DNA of 64,000 nt from an uncultured Planctomycetota bacterium. Lineage in GTDB: Bacteria; Planctomycetota; Brocadiia; JAADGH01; CAYPFP01. Of the stretch, positions 47,951-56,300 are shown in pieces (the stretch's first letter is position 1; each line of letters starts with the position of its first letter). The stretch spans positions 30,331 through 94,330 of the forward strand of contig CAYPFP010000001.1 of the NCBI GenBank assembly GCA_964409935.1. Reading direction: 5' to 3'. Under the pieces are notes generated by a model. The model was given only the letters and a program-made list of their open reading frames with translations, had not been told where the DNA came from and ran no database searches. Position numbers and translations under genes: made by a program.

Positions 47951-48994
47951 ATGTCAGAGAAGGTACGTTTCGGGCTGATCGGCAGCGGCGCGCAAGGGCG
48001 TTACCTTTCCGAAGGCGCGATGGCGACGGGAAAGGCCGAGTTGGTGGCCTGCGCGGACCCGAAGCCGCAGGCAGTGCAACTGGCCATGAGCTTCTGCGGC
48101 TACAAGCGGTCCTACGCCGACGCCGCCGAGATGCTCGACAAGGAGCATCTCGACGCCGTCATCGTCGCCACGATTCACGACCAGTTGCAGCCGATGGCCA
48201 TGGCGGCGGTGAAGGCGGGCAAGCACGTCTTTGTCGAAAAGCCCATGGCCCTTACGGCGAAGGACGGCCGCGAGCTGGTCGCCGCCGCGCAGAAGGCGGG
48301 CGTCAGGCTCATGGTCGGCTATACCCTGCGCTTCATGCCCGAACGCATCCTCATGAAAAAACTCCTCGACTCCGGCGCCATCGGCGACGTGGTGCACGTG
48401 ACCGGCGGCCAGATGATCGGCGGCATGGGCGGCTGGCTCGGCGATCCGGCGCACGGCGGCGGCCCGATGTTCTACATCGGCAGCCACGCCACGGACTTCA
48501 TCCTGTGGATGGCGGGCAAGAAGGTCGAGCGCGTCTACGCCGAAGAGCAGCGTCCGGACAGGAACGGCGTCGAGAAAAGCCTCTTCATCACGATCCGCTT
48601 TGCCGGCGGCGTCCTGGGGCAGTCCTCGACCTCGCAGCAGATCGGCGGGCGTTACGGATGGGCCGACGTTCTGGGCACGGCGGGGCGCATGCGCGCGGAA
48701 TGGGAGAGCAACATCCTGCAAGTTCAGAGCGCGAAGGTGGAGGCCTACCGCGAACTGACGTCCATCCGCGTCCCGGCCGCCGCGCACATGCCGGCGTTTG
48801 CGCCCGACGCCCGCATGAGCTTCGCCGGCAGCGCATACGTCCGCTATTGGGCCGCCGAGTTCGTCGAGTTCATCGGCGCCATCAGGGAGAACCGCCCGCC
48901 GTCGGTGCCCGGCGAGGACGGCGTGCGCGTGCTGGAGGTCATTGACGCGGCCTTCGAATCCGCACGCACCGGAAAACCCGTCGAGGTGAAATGA
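47951..48994 (+). CDS. Gfo/Idh/MocA family oxidoreductase
   Basis: MSEKVRFGLIGSGAQG Rossmann motif, EKPMALTAKDGREL block; aaaggag RBS. Confidence 0.9.
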   Translation: MSEKVRFGLIGSGAQGRYLSEGAMATGKAELVACADPKPQAVQLAMSFCGYKRSYADAAEMLDKEHLDAVIVATIHDQLQPMAMAAVKAGKHVFVEKPMALTAKDGRELVAAAQKAGVRLMVGYTLRFMPERILMKKLLDSGAIGDVVHVTGGQMIGGMGGWLGDPAHGGGPMFYIGSHATDFILWMAGKKVERVYAEEQRPDRNGVEKSLFITIRFAGGVLGQSSTSQQIGGRYGWADVLGTAGRMRAEWESNILQVQSAKVEAYRELTSIRVPAAAHMPAFAPDARMSFAGSAYVRYWAAEFVEFIGAIRENRPPSVPGEDGVRVLEVIDAAFESARTGKPVEVK

Positions 48995-49171
48995 AGCTCC
49001 GAACGCCTTGGGCAGGAAGCGAGGGCGGCCTCGGGTCAACGCGTGGGCCGAAGGCATCCGCAAGACGGCCGGAAACATGGAGAAGGCGCTCTATGCCTAT
49101 CGCGACCTGGCCATCGAGCTGAACGAACTATACGCGAACGTCAAGGGCGCACGGAACTGGAAGAAGTCGAA

Positions 49172-49807
49172 ATGACAATGCGAAACAACCTGAACATCGC
49201 GTTCTTTCTTTTCGCGGCGCAATGCGCCATCCTGCCGGCGCCCGACGCCGGGGCGCAACCGGCGCAGGAGGACTCGTATGTTCAGGTCCGCGCCGGCCAC
49301 CTTGTGCGCAACGGCCGGAGGCTTCGCCTATGGGGCATCAACACCCAGGGACCAACCTTCCGCGACGGCGTCAAGGTGCAGGGCGTGGGGAAGCTCTGGA
49401 CCGATCCGGATGATATCGCGCCGCCCAAGGAGGGCAAGGCCGGGCAGTATCGCCCGTATTACGCCTTCACGCTGGTGAGCGACGACGGCCTGGCGCTGGC
49501 GCAGTCAAAGCGGCTTCTGGTCTCGCTGGTGAGCACGTCGCAGAACACCGGCTACGCGTTCGACCCGGCGAAGGTCCCGCAGGCGGGCCCCGACGCCCAA
49601 ACGATGGCGAAGGGCATTCTGTCGCGGGGGACGATGCCTGTGCAGGTGAACCGCGTCGGCGCGTCGGTGGCGGCGCCGTTCCTCATCGGGAAGAAGTACA
49701 GCAAGCTGGATTTCGGCATGGAGGCGTTTGAGCAGGGCGAGGTGAAGGACAAGTTCGTGATCGCGCACACGGACCCGCTGTTTATCGCGACCTTCCATGC
49801 GGAGTGA
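49172..49807 (+). CDS. secreted hypothetical protein (211 aa)
   Basis: MTMRNNLNIAFFLFAAQCAILPAPDAGAQPA signal peptide. Confidence 0.5.
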   Translation: MTMRNNLNIAFFLFAAQCAILPAPDAGAQPAQEDSYVQVRAGHLVRNGRRLRLWGINTQGPTFRDGVKVQGVGKLWTDPDDIAPPKEGKAGQYRPYYAFTLVSDDGLALAQSKRLLVSLVSTSQNTGYAFDPAKVPQAGPDAQTMAKGILSRGTMPVQVNRVGASVAAPFLIGKKYSKLDFGMEAFEQGEVKDKFVIAHTDPLFIATFHAE

Positions 49808-49842
49808 CGACGGGCTTTCCCGTCCTTCGCCAGGCGACGCCG

Positions 49843-51630
49843 CTAGGTCTCCTTCGTCGTGCCGAACTGCATCGCGTAGAGGTGGCTGTACTCTCCTCGC
49901 TTCGCCAGAAGCTCGTCGTGCGTGCCCATCTCGATGATGCGGCCGTTGCGCAGGACGATGATGCGGTGGGCGAACTTGATGGTGGAGAGGCGATGGGCGA
50001 TGACGAAGGTGGTGCGCCCCTGCATGAGTTTCTGAAGGGCGTCCTGGATGAGTCTTTCGGAGTCGGAGTCGAGCGAGGACGTGGCCTCATCGAGGATGAG
50101 GATTTGGGCGTTCTTCAAAAAAGCGCGGGCGATCGTGACCCTCTGGCGCTGACCGCCGGAGAGCTTTGACCCCATCTCGCCCACTTCGGTCTCATATCCC
50201 CTGGGCAGCGAGGCGATGAAGTCGTGGATGTTCGCCGCTCTGGCCGCCTCGGCGATCTCCTCCGAGGCGGCGCCGGGCTTGCCGTAGCGGATGTTGTCGG
50301 CGAGGGAGCGGTTGAAGAGGAACGGCTGCTGCGAGACGATGGCGATGTGGTCGAGGAGGGAGTGCTGGCGTATCTTGCGCAGGTCGAGGCCGTCAATGGT
50401 GATGGCGCCTTCCTGGGGGTCGCGGAAGCGGGCGATGAGGTCGCACAGGGTGGACTTGCCGGCGCCGCTGTGACCGACGATGGCGACGATCTCGCCGGGC
50501 TTCACGAGCAGGTTGATGCCGCACAGAACGGGGACGGTGTTGTAGGCGAAGGTCACGTTGTCGAAGCGAATGCCCTCGCGCATGAGGGGCATCTCGACGG
50601 CGTCGAGGGCGTCCTGGATGGTGGGGGGCGTGTCTATCAGTTCGAAGATGCGCAGCGCGCCGGGCAACGACTCCATGAGGTTGTTGTAGGCCTTGCTCAG
50701 GCGCTTGACAGGGGCGAACATGCAGGCGGCGGCGGCGATGAAGGTGACGAACTCGCCCGCCGTGAAGTTCAGGCCCAGCGTGCCGGGGTACAGGAGAACG
50801 TACCCGCCGCCGAGGATGATGAGGAAAAGGCCGGCGTTGCCGATGAAGTCCACCGCGCCGTCGGCGATGGCCTTGGCCTTGACGGTCTTCATGACCCTGC
50901 CGAAGTAGCGCTGGTTGGTCTGGCGGAAGTCTTCGGTCTCCGCCGTCTCCATCGCGAAGGCCTTGACGATGCGGATGCCGCTGAACATCTGGTGCATGGC
51001 CTCGGTGATGTCGGACAGGCGTTCGAGGGCGCTGCGCGCATACTTCTTGACGCGCTTGCCCAGCACGCCCATCACGATGCCGACGAAGGGGAAGATGATG
51101 ACGGACGCGATGGAGAGCTGCCAACTCGCCCACAAGGCCACGGTCAGGAAGGCGATGAGGCCGAAGACGGCCTGGAGGATTTCCGAATAGAGGAACTGAA
51201 GGGCGCGGTAAAGGATGGCGATGTCGTTGGTGAGACGCGACATCAGGTCGCCGGCGCGACGGTCTTCGAAGAAGGCCAGGGGCTGCGGCAGCAGCTTGGC
51301 GCACAGCTCGTTGCGGATGTCCATGAGCGCGGACCACAGGACGCGGCCGCCGCCGTATGTCTGGAAGGTGTTGCTCAGGAAGATCACGGGGGCCAGAAGG
51401 ATGAGGTAGATGGCGATGTTGAGCAGGTTGTGGATCGCCTCCGGGCGCGAGGCGGCCTCGAAACCTTTCAGGAGGCTGTTGTCCACCAGGGGTTTGGTGA
51501 GCCACAGCTTGATGCCGTTGGTGGCCGAGTAGGCGACCATGGTTACCAGCGTGAGCAGCACCCACAGCCGGTGCGGCCAGGCATAGCGGTATACGCGAGC
51601 GTAGGTTCGAAGGAATTCGGACTTTATCAT
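49843..51630 (-). CDS. ABC transporter permease/ATP-binding protein (MsbA-like exporter)
   Basis: Six-TM domain then Walker A GHSGAGKST, ABC signature LSGGQRQRVTIARAF, Walker B ILILDEATS. Confidence 0.9.
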   Translation of the reverse strand: MIKSEFLRTYARVYRYAWPHRLWVLLTLVTMVAYSATNGIKLWLTKPLVDNSLLKGFEAASRPEAIHNLLNIAIYLILLAPVIFLSNTFQTYGGGRVLWSALMDIRNELCAKLLPQPLAFFEDRRAGDLMSRLTNDIAILYRALQFLYSEILQAVFGLIAFLTVALWASWQLSIASVIIFPFVGIVMGVLGKRVKKYARSALERLSDITEAMHQMFSGIRIVKAFAMETAETEDFRQTNQRYFGRVMKTVKAKAIADGAVDFIGNAGLFLIILGGGYVLLYPGTLGLNFTAGEFVTFIAAAACMFAPVKRLSKAYNNLMESLPGALRIFELIDTPPTIQDALDAVEMPLMREGIRFDNVTFAYNTVPVLCGINLLVKPGEIVAIVGHSGAGKSTLCDLIARFRDPQEGAITIDGLDLRKIRQHSLLDHIAIVSQQPFLFNRSLADNIRYGKPGAASEEIAEAARAANIHDFIASLPRGYETEVGEMGSKLSGGQRQRVTIARAFLKNAQILILDEATSSLDSDSERLIQDALQKLMQGRTTFVIAHRLSTIKFAHRIIVLRNGRIIEMGTHDELLAKRGEYSHLYAMQFGTTKET

Positions 51631-51683
51631 ATCGCGTGACGCACACTATGGCCGATAGGCCGGAACGCCTCTTCGGGATCGCC

Positions 51684-52727
51684 TTACATTGTCTCGAAAG
51701 CGGTTTCGATCATGGCCCGGTAGTTCTCGACGGGCACGTAATAGGTGACGGAGTTGGACGAGCCGAGGCAGTACCCGCCGTCGTAGGCCAGGTCGCGGAT
51801 GTTGGCGCGGGCGAGGGTCCGCACTTCGTCGGGGGCGCCCCGCGAGAGGCGGTCCAACTCGATGTTTCCGGCCAGGCACAGCCGGCCTTCGACGCGCTTT
51901 TTCAACGCGCGGATATCCATGGCTTTAGGTTCGACCGGATGCAGGCCGTTGAAGCCGGCGTTGATGATATCCTCAATGACCGCCGTCAGGTCTCCGTCGG
52001 AGTGGTAGAGGAACGGTATGTCGCGCTGCTGGCAGAGCAGCGACATCTTCCTGTACCACGGGAACATGTATTTGCGCAGGATGGCCGGCGAGACCATCAG
52101 GCCCGTCCCGTAGGCGATGTCGTCGGACATCCACGCCGCGGCCACGCCGGGCAGTTCCAGGGCCTGTTCGAGCGCCCGGAATTGGATGTTGCCGACCTTG
52201 TTGAACAGCCGTTCGACGAGGGCGGGGTTCTCCACGGTGGCCAGGGCGAAGGTTTCGAAGCCCATGAGCATCCACACCGACGTGAAGACCTTGCCGAGGA
52301 TGGCGATGGTGCGCATGTCGGGCGGGAGGAGTTTGGAGACTTCCCGCGCCACGGCGAGGCCGGGGCTTTCCTCGGCGGGCCACTGGAAGCGCTCAAGCTC
52401 CTCTTCGGTCGTGATGACGCCCTTGCCTTCGGCGGCCCACTTCATCTCGACCTCTTCTTCGGAGTAGATGCTGTAGCGGGATCGCTTTCGCAGCGTGGCG
52501 TCGCCGGACAGGACGCCGCCCACCTCCAGGATGCCGAGCGAGATGGGCACGTAGTCGTAGCCGGCCAGAATCCAGAACTCCACCTCGTCCTGCAACGAAG
52601 CGGCGCGTTTGCCGAGGAAGGCGGACTTGACTTGGTTGTCTACGAATAACTCGATAAGGGGGACGCGATCCGGCTTGCCTTCGAGCAGCAGGGCGGCGCG
52701 AAGCCTGGTGAAATCGTTGCGTTTCAT
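51684..52727 (-). CDS. URO-D family protein, paralog 3
   Basis: 347 aa; N-terminal RLRAALLLEGKPDRVPLIELFVDNQV and C-terminal GGYCLGSSNSVTYYVPVENY parallel paralog 1. Confidence 0.8.
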   Translation of the reverse strand: MKRNDFTRLRAALLLEGKPDRVPLIELFVDNQVKSAFLGKRAASLQDEVEFWILAGYDYVPISLGILEVGGVLSGDATLRKRSRYSIYSEEEVEMKWAAEGKGVITTEEELERFQWPAEESPGLAVAREVSKLLPPDMRTIAILGKVFTSVWMLMGFETFALATVENPALVERLFNKVGNIQFRALEQALELPGVAAAWMSDDIAYGTGLMVSPAILRKYMFPWYRKMSLLCQQRDIPFLYHSDGDLTAVIEDIINAGFNGLHPVEPKAMDIRALKKRVEGRLCLAGNIELDRLSRGAPDEVRTLARANIRDLAYDGGYCLGSSNSVTYYVPVENYRAMIETAFETM

Positions 52728-52813
52728 GGGAATCTGTCGCCCTCGTGATCGTCCCGGTTGCGGTGTCGTTCCCCCGCGGGGAAGTTTACGACGCTTGGCG
52801 CGGGTTCCAACAG

Positions 52814-52845
52814 AAAAGGGAGAGGCGCCAGCCTCTCCCTTTTCC
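52814..52845. terminator. bidirectional rho-independent terminator
   Basis: AAAA-GGGAGAGGC-gcca-GCCTCTCCC-TTTTCC; 9-bp GC stem flanked by A4 and T4-5; lies between the URO-D paralog 3 start and the lipoprotein stop. Confidence 0.6.
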
Positions 52846-52898
52846 TTGATGAGCTCGATTGAGCGACTGCGCCATCGAAACGGCCGCCGCAGTGCGAC

Positions 52899-53192
52899 TT
52901 ACTTCTTTTCCGCCGGCTTCTTTTCTTCCGGCTTTGCGGGGGCCGCAGGAGCCGCCGGAGCCGCAGGGGCCGCCGGGGCCGGAGTCGCCGCGGGGGCCGC
53001 CGGGGCCGGAGTCGCCGCGGGGGCCGCCGGGGCCGGAGTCGCCGCGGGGGCCGCCGGGGGCGCCTCAGGCTTGGCTTCCTTCTTCTCAGCCGCCGGCTTC
53101 TTCGGTTCCTTGGCCGGCTTCACTTCCTCACCGCATCCGACGATAAACCCTACGCCAACCGCCAACGTTAGCGCCAGCAACCACTTGTGCAT
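52899..53192 (-). CDS. Pro/Ala-rich tandem-repeat lipoprotein (97 aa)
   Basis: [23 protein letters not shown] lipobox; three-plus copies of the 9-aa repeat TPAPAAPAA encoded by a 27-bp tandem repeat; strong aaaggagg RBS. Confidence 0.6.
   Translation of the reverse strand: MHKWLLALTLAVGVGFIVGCGEEVKPAKEPKKPAAEKKEAKPEAPPAAPAATPAPAAPAATPAPAAPAATPAPAAPAAPAAPAAPAKPEEKKPAEKK
52960..53060. repeat. 27-bp tandem repeat (about 3.5 copies) inside the lipoprotein gene
   Basis: The unit ggccggagtcgccgcgggggccgccgg recurs at 52977, 53004, 53031 (period 27). Confidence 0.7.
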
Positions 53193-53259
53193 CGCCTACC
53201 CCTCCTTTCAAGAGTGTATAGGGCCATAAAATGATAGCAGATGCCTTAAACTTGGGAGA

Positions 53260-53288
53260 AGTATAGTATGCCCTGAAGTCGGTGTCAA
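53260..53288 (-). promoter_or_regulatory. near-consensus sigma70 promoter TTGACA-17-TATACT for the lipoprotein gene
   Basis: Minus-strand TTGACA (53288-53283), 17-nt spacer, TATACT (53265-53260); AT-rich surroundings; 67 nt upstream of ATG 53192. Confidence 0.5.
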
Positions 53289-53295
53289 GGCAAAA

Positions 53296-53342
53296 ATTGC
53301 AAAAAACCGACATGCCCGCCGCTCCCTCCGATGGCGGCGGAA
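53296..53342 (-). terminator. candidate terminator after the giant pseudopilin gene
   Basis: Minus-strand hairpin ccgccgc...gcggcgg (53316-53341) followed by ggTTTTTTgcaaTTTTTg. Confidence 0.35.
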
Positions 53343-53373
53343 TGGCCATATCTCCCTGTCTGGGCGGCGCTTG

Positions 53374-56300
53374 TCAGTATTCGGTCACAAAGCGCGAGGT
53401 TTGGGCCTTTACGCCGTCGGTGACGCCGTCGGCCCCCGGTGTCGGGAGGCCGGTGGCAAGCGGCTGGGCGTTGAGATTGTTGACGATATCGGTTCGCTCG
53501 ACCAGGGCGCGGATGCGGGCCTCAGCCAGTTGGCCGCTGGGGTTGAAGACGCGCCCGCGGGCTACGACGGTGAAGAAGCGCGACTTGATGTCGAGCACGT
53601 TCCAGTACCGCGAGAACCATTCCATGCGCTCGGCGATGTCGTCGGCCAGGTCGTCGTTCAGGTAACCCGCGCCGGTGTCGTCGAAGTCCAGAGGGTTGAA
53701 CCACGATCCGGAGCCGAGGTTGATGGGGTAGTTGTAGGCGCTGTTGTCGGCGCGGCCGCCGTTGCGGATGGCGGTGGTGCCCGTTCGCACGCTCCAATCC
53801 CTCTGATAGACTCTATCCCGAAGGGTCTGGGTGTCCGAATCCGGGCTGACGTTGAACTGTCTTGGGGTCTTCAGGAGGGTGTAGAAGGCGTTGCGGGTGA
53901 AGAAGGGGTCGCCGCGCAGGACCTCGAAGTTGACGCCCAGGCCGAAGCCCTGGGGGGCGATGGGGGCCACGCCCCGGTCGCTGCGCAGGGGGAGTATGAC
54001 GTTGTTCAGCTCCGCGCTGACCGCGTTGGTGTACCGGCAGGAGGTCGGAAGGATCCTTCGGCGGAGTTCGGGGGTTTCGAGATTGATGGTGGCGTTGTCG
54101 CCGGGGGCCGGGGGCGTGCCGCTGCCGGAGAGGCCGATATATCCTGAGAATCCGCAGACGTCGAGGATGTCGCGGTAGGGGCGGTGACGGATGATGTCGG
54201 CGGCCATGGAGGTGGGGAAGACGGCGGCCAGTACGGGCATGGAGGCGGTGTTGATGTTGATCTTCGCCCGCGCGCGGCCGTGGGGCCAGACGGTGGCGAT
54301 CTCGCGCCAGTCGGGCGTTCGTTCGACCCAGGCGTAATTGGTGGTGCTGGCGGTCTGCGGTCTGGGGAAGACGGTGGGCCGCAGGTAGAGAGGCGCGGCG
54401 AAGTTGGTGCGGGCGGTCCACAGGGCGTTGCGCTGGTTCGGGATGGTGGTGTTCAGGACCCACGTCGTGAAGGGCGAGGGTCGGAAGGAGTAGTCCGTGT
54501 TCAGGGTTCCGGCGGCGTAGGTGGCGGTGAGTCCGCCGCTCAGGCCGATGAGGCGGGTGAGGATGTTGTCGTCGTAGTAGCAGGGGCCTCTGTTCTGGCC
54601 GTTGGCCGGGTTTTCCACGAAGAGGCGGGCCACGTCGTTCTCGCCGACGCGCTCTTCGGGCAGGATGGGGGCCATGTTCTTCCAAGGCCCCATCGGGGAA
54701 TGGACGAAGGCCAGCCAGCCGACGCTGGGGAAGGCGTTGTCGAGCACGACGGGGACAGTGCGATTGTCAATGGCCATGCGCAGTTCGACATGGTCCATCC
54801 AGTGGTGGTCGTTCTGGTTGCCGGGCCTTCGGGTGCCCGCGGGCAGGTCGCGGAACCAGGCAGGGGCGGAGGCCATGTCGTCCACGTGTCCGGGATAGAG
54901 GTACTTGCGGCCGAAGACGTTGCCGGCGTCATAGAAATACATGTAATTCTTGTTCCAGTTGCGCAGGCGGCGGCGGCCGGTCTCGACGTCGGGGGGGTCG
55001 TTGGTGGTGGAGGCGGGGTCGGGCCGCCAGAGGTTCCGCTGGCTGCTGCGCCACCAGAGGTTTTGGGACATGTCGTAACTGGCTGCCTGTCGCTGGAACA
55101 GGTTCGCCTTGGTGCTGTTGAAGTCGGGGTCAATCTGAAGCCATGCGGCGTTCATGCCGGCGCGGGCCTGGGGATCGGAGGCGTTGACGGGCATGAAGCG
55201 CTTCATGGAGGCGTTGGCGTGGCCGGCGTTGGGCACGACGGGGGCCGTTTTCTCGATGGCGCAGTAATCATACCGGTCCGTGGCGGCGCTGGCCTTGTCG
55301 CCGGTGGTGATGGCGGCGACCTGGCGGCTGGTGAAGTTCATGCTGGAGGCGCCGGCCCAGAGGTCAATCTCGCCGCCGGCGACCTGGAATTGCAGGGGCT
55401 GTGCGCGGCCGGGGATGGTGGGTCCCCAGATTTCGGAGCGGCCCCACACGGTGACGGGATTGCTCGTGGTTCCCTGATCGCGGTTCCAGAGTCCGAAGAG
55501 TTGGTCAATCTCCCTTATGGGGGAGGGGGGCGTCGTCGTGAAGTTGGACGGGAATTCCATGAACTGGACGGGGTAGTCCTCTTCGCCGACCCGGCCCCAG
55601 CCCACGTTGGAGATCACGTAGCCGGGCGTGGCGGCGTAGTAGTCCGAGACGGCGCCCGCGCCGAAGGTACCGCAATAGGCCGCTTCGCTGAGGGCCACGA
55701 CGTAATAGCCGAAGTTGGTGGGGAACATCCCGTCGGCGGTGGCCGGGGGGATGAAGGTGGTGGCTCTCTGTGCTCCCGCTTTGACGTCATAGAAGAGGGC
55801 GGTTTCGTTTTGGGTGGTCTTGGGGTCGTTGCCCAGCCAGAATCCGGGCCGAAGGGGACGACCGCTTCGGTCGTCGTAGAGGAAGTAATTGTTGACGTCC
55901 ACGAGACTCGGAGTAGGGGTGCGCATGACGAGCTTGAAGGCGAGCAAGCCGCCTGGCGACAGGGCCAGCGGGATGGGTTTCTTGCCGATATTGACCAGTT
56001 CCGCGTAGGGGCAGACGAAACGGAGGCTGTAGAACTTGGCGAACTTGTTGGCGACGCCGCCGGCGGGGTCCCACCGGCTGATGCCGCGGACCCTGATGAC
56101 GAAGCCGACGTTGGGGTCGGCGTCCACCCGGATGGCCATGGACTTGCGGCCGCCTCTGGGGAGGGGCTTGCCGATGCTGGGGATCGTGTTGTCGGGGTAG
56201 GTCACGAAGCCATAGATGTTGTCCACACCGGCGGACTCGTCGGTCAGGTTCACCGTGCCGGTGTTGGCGTCCTTCACCGGGACGTGGAAGCGGCGGAAGT

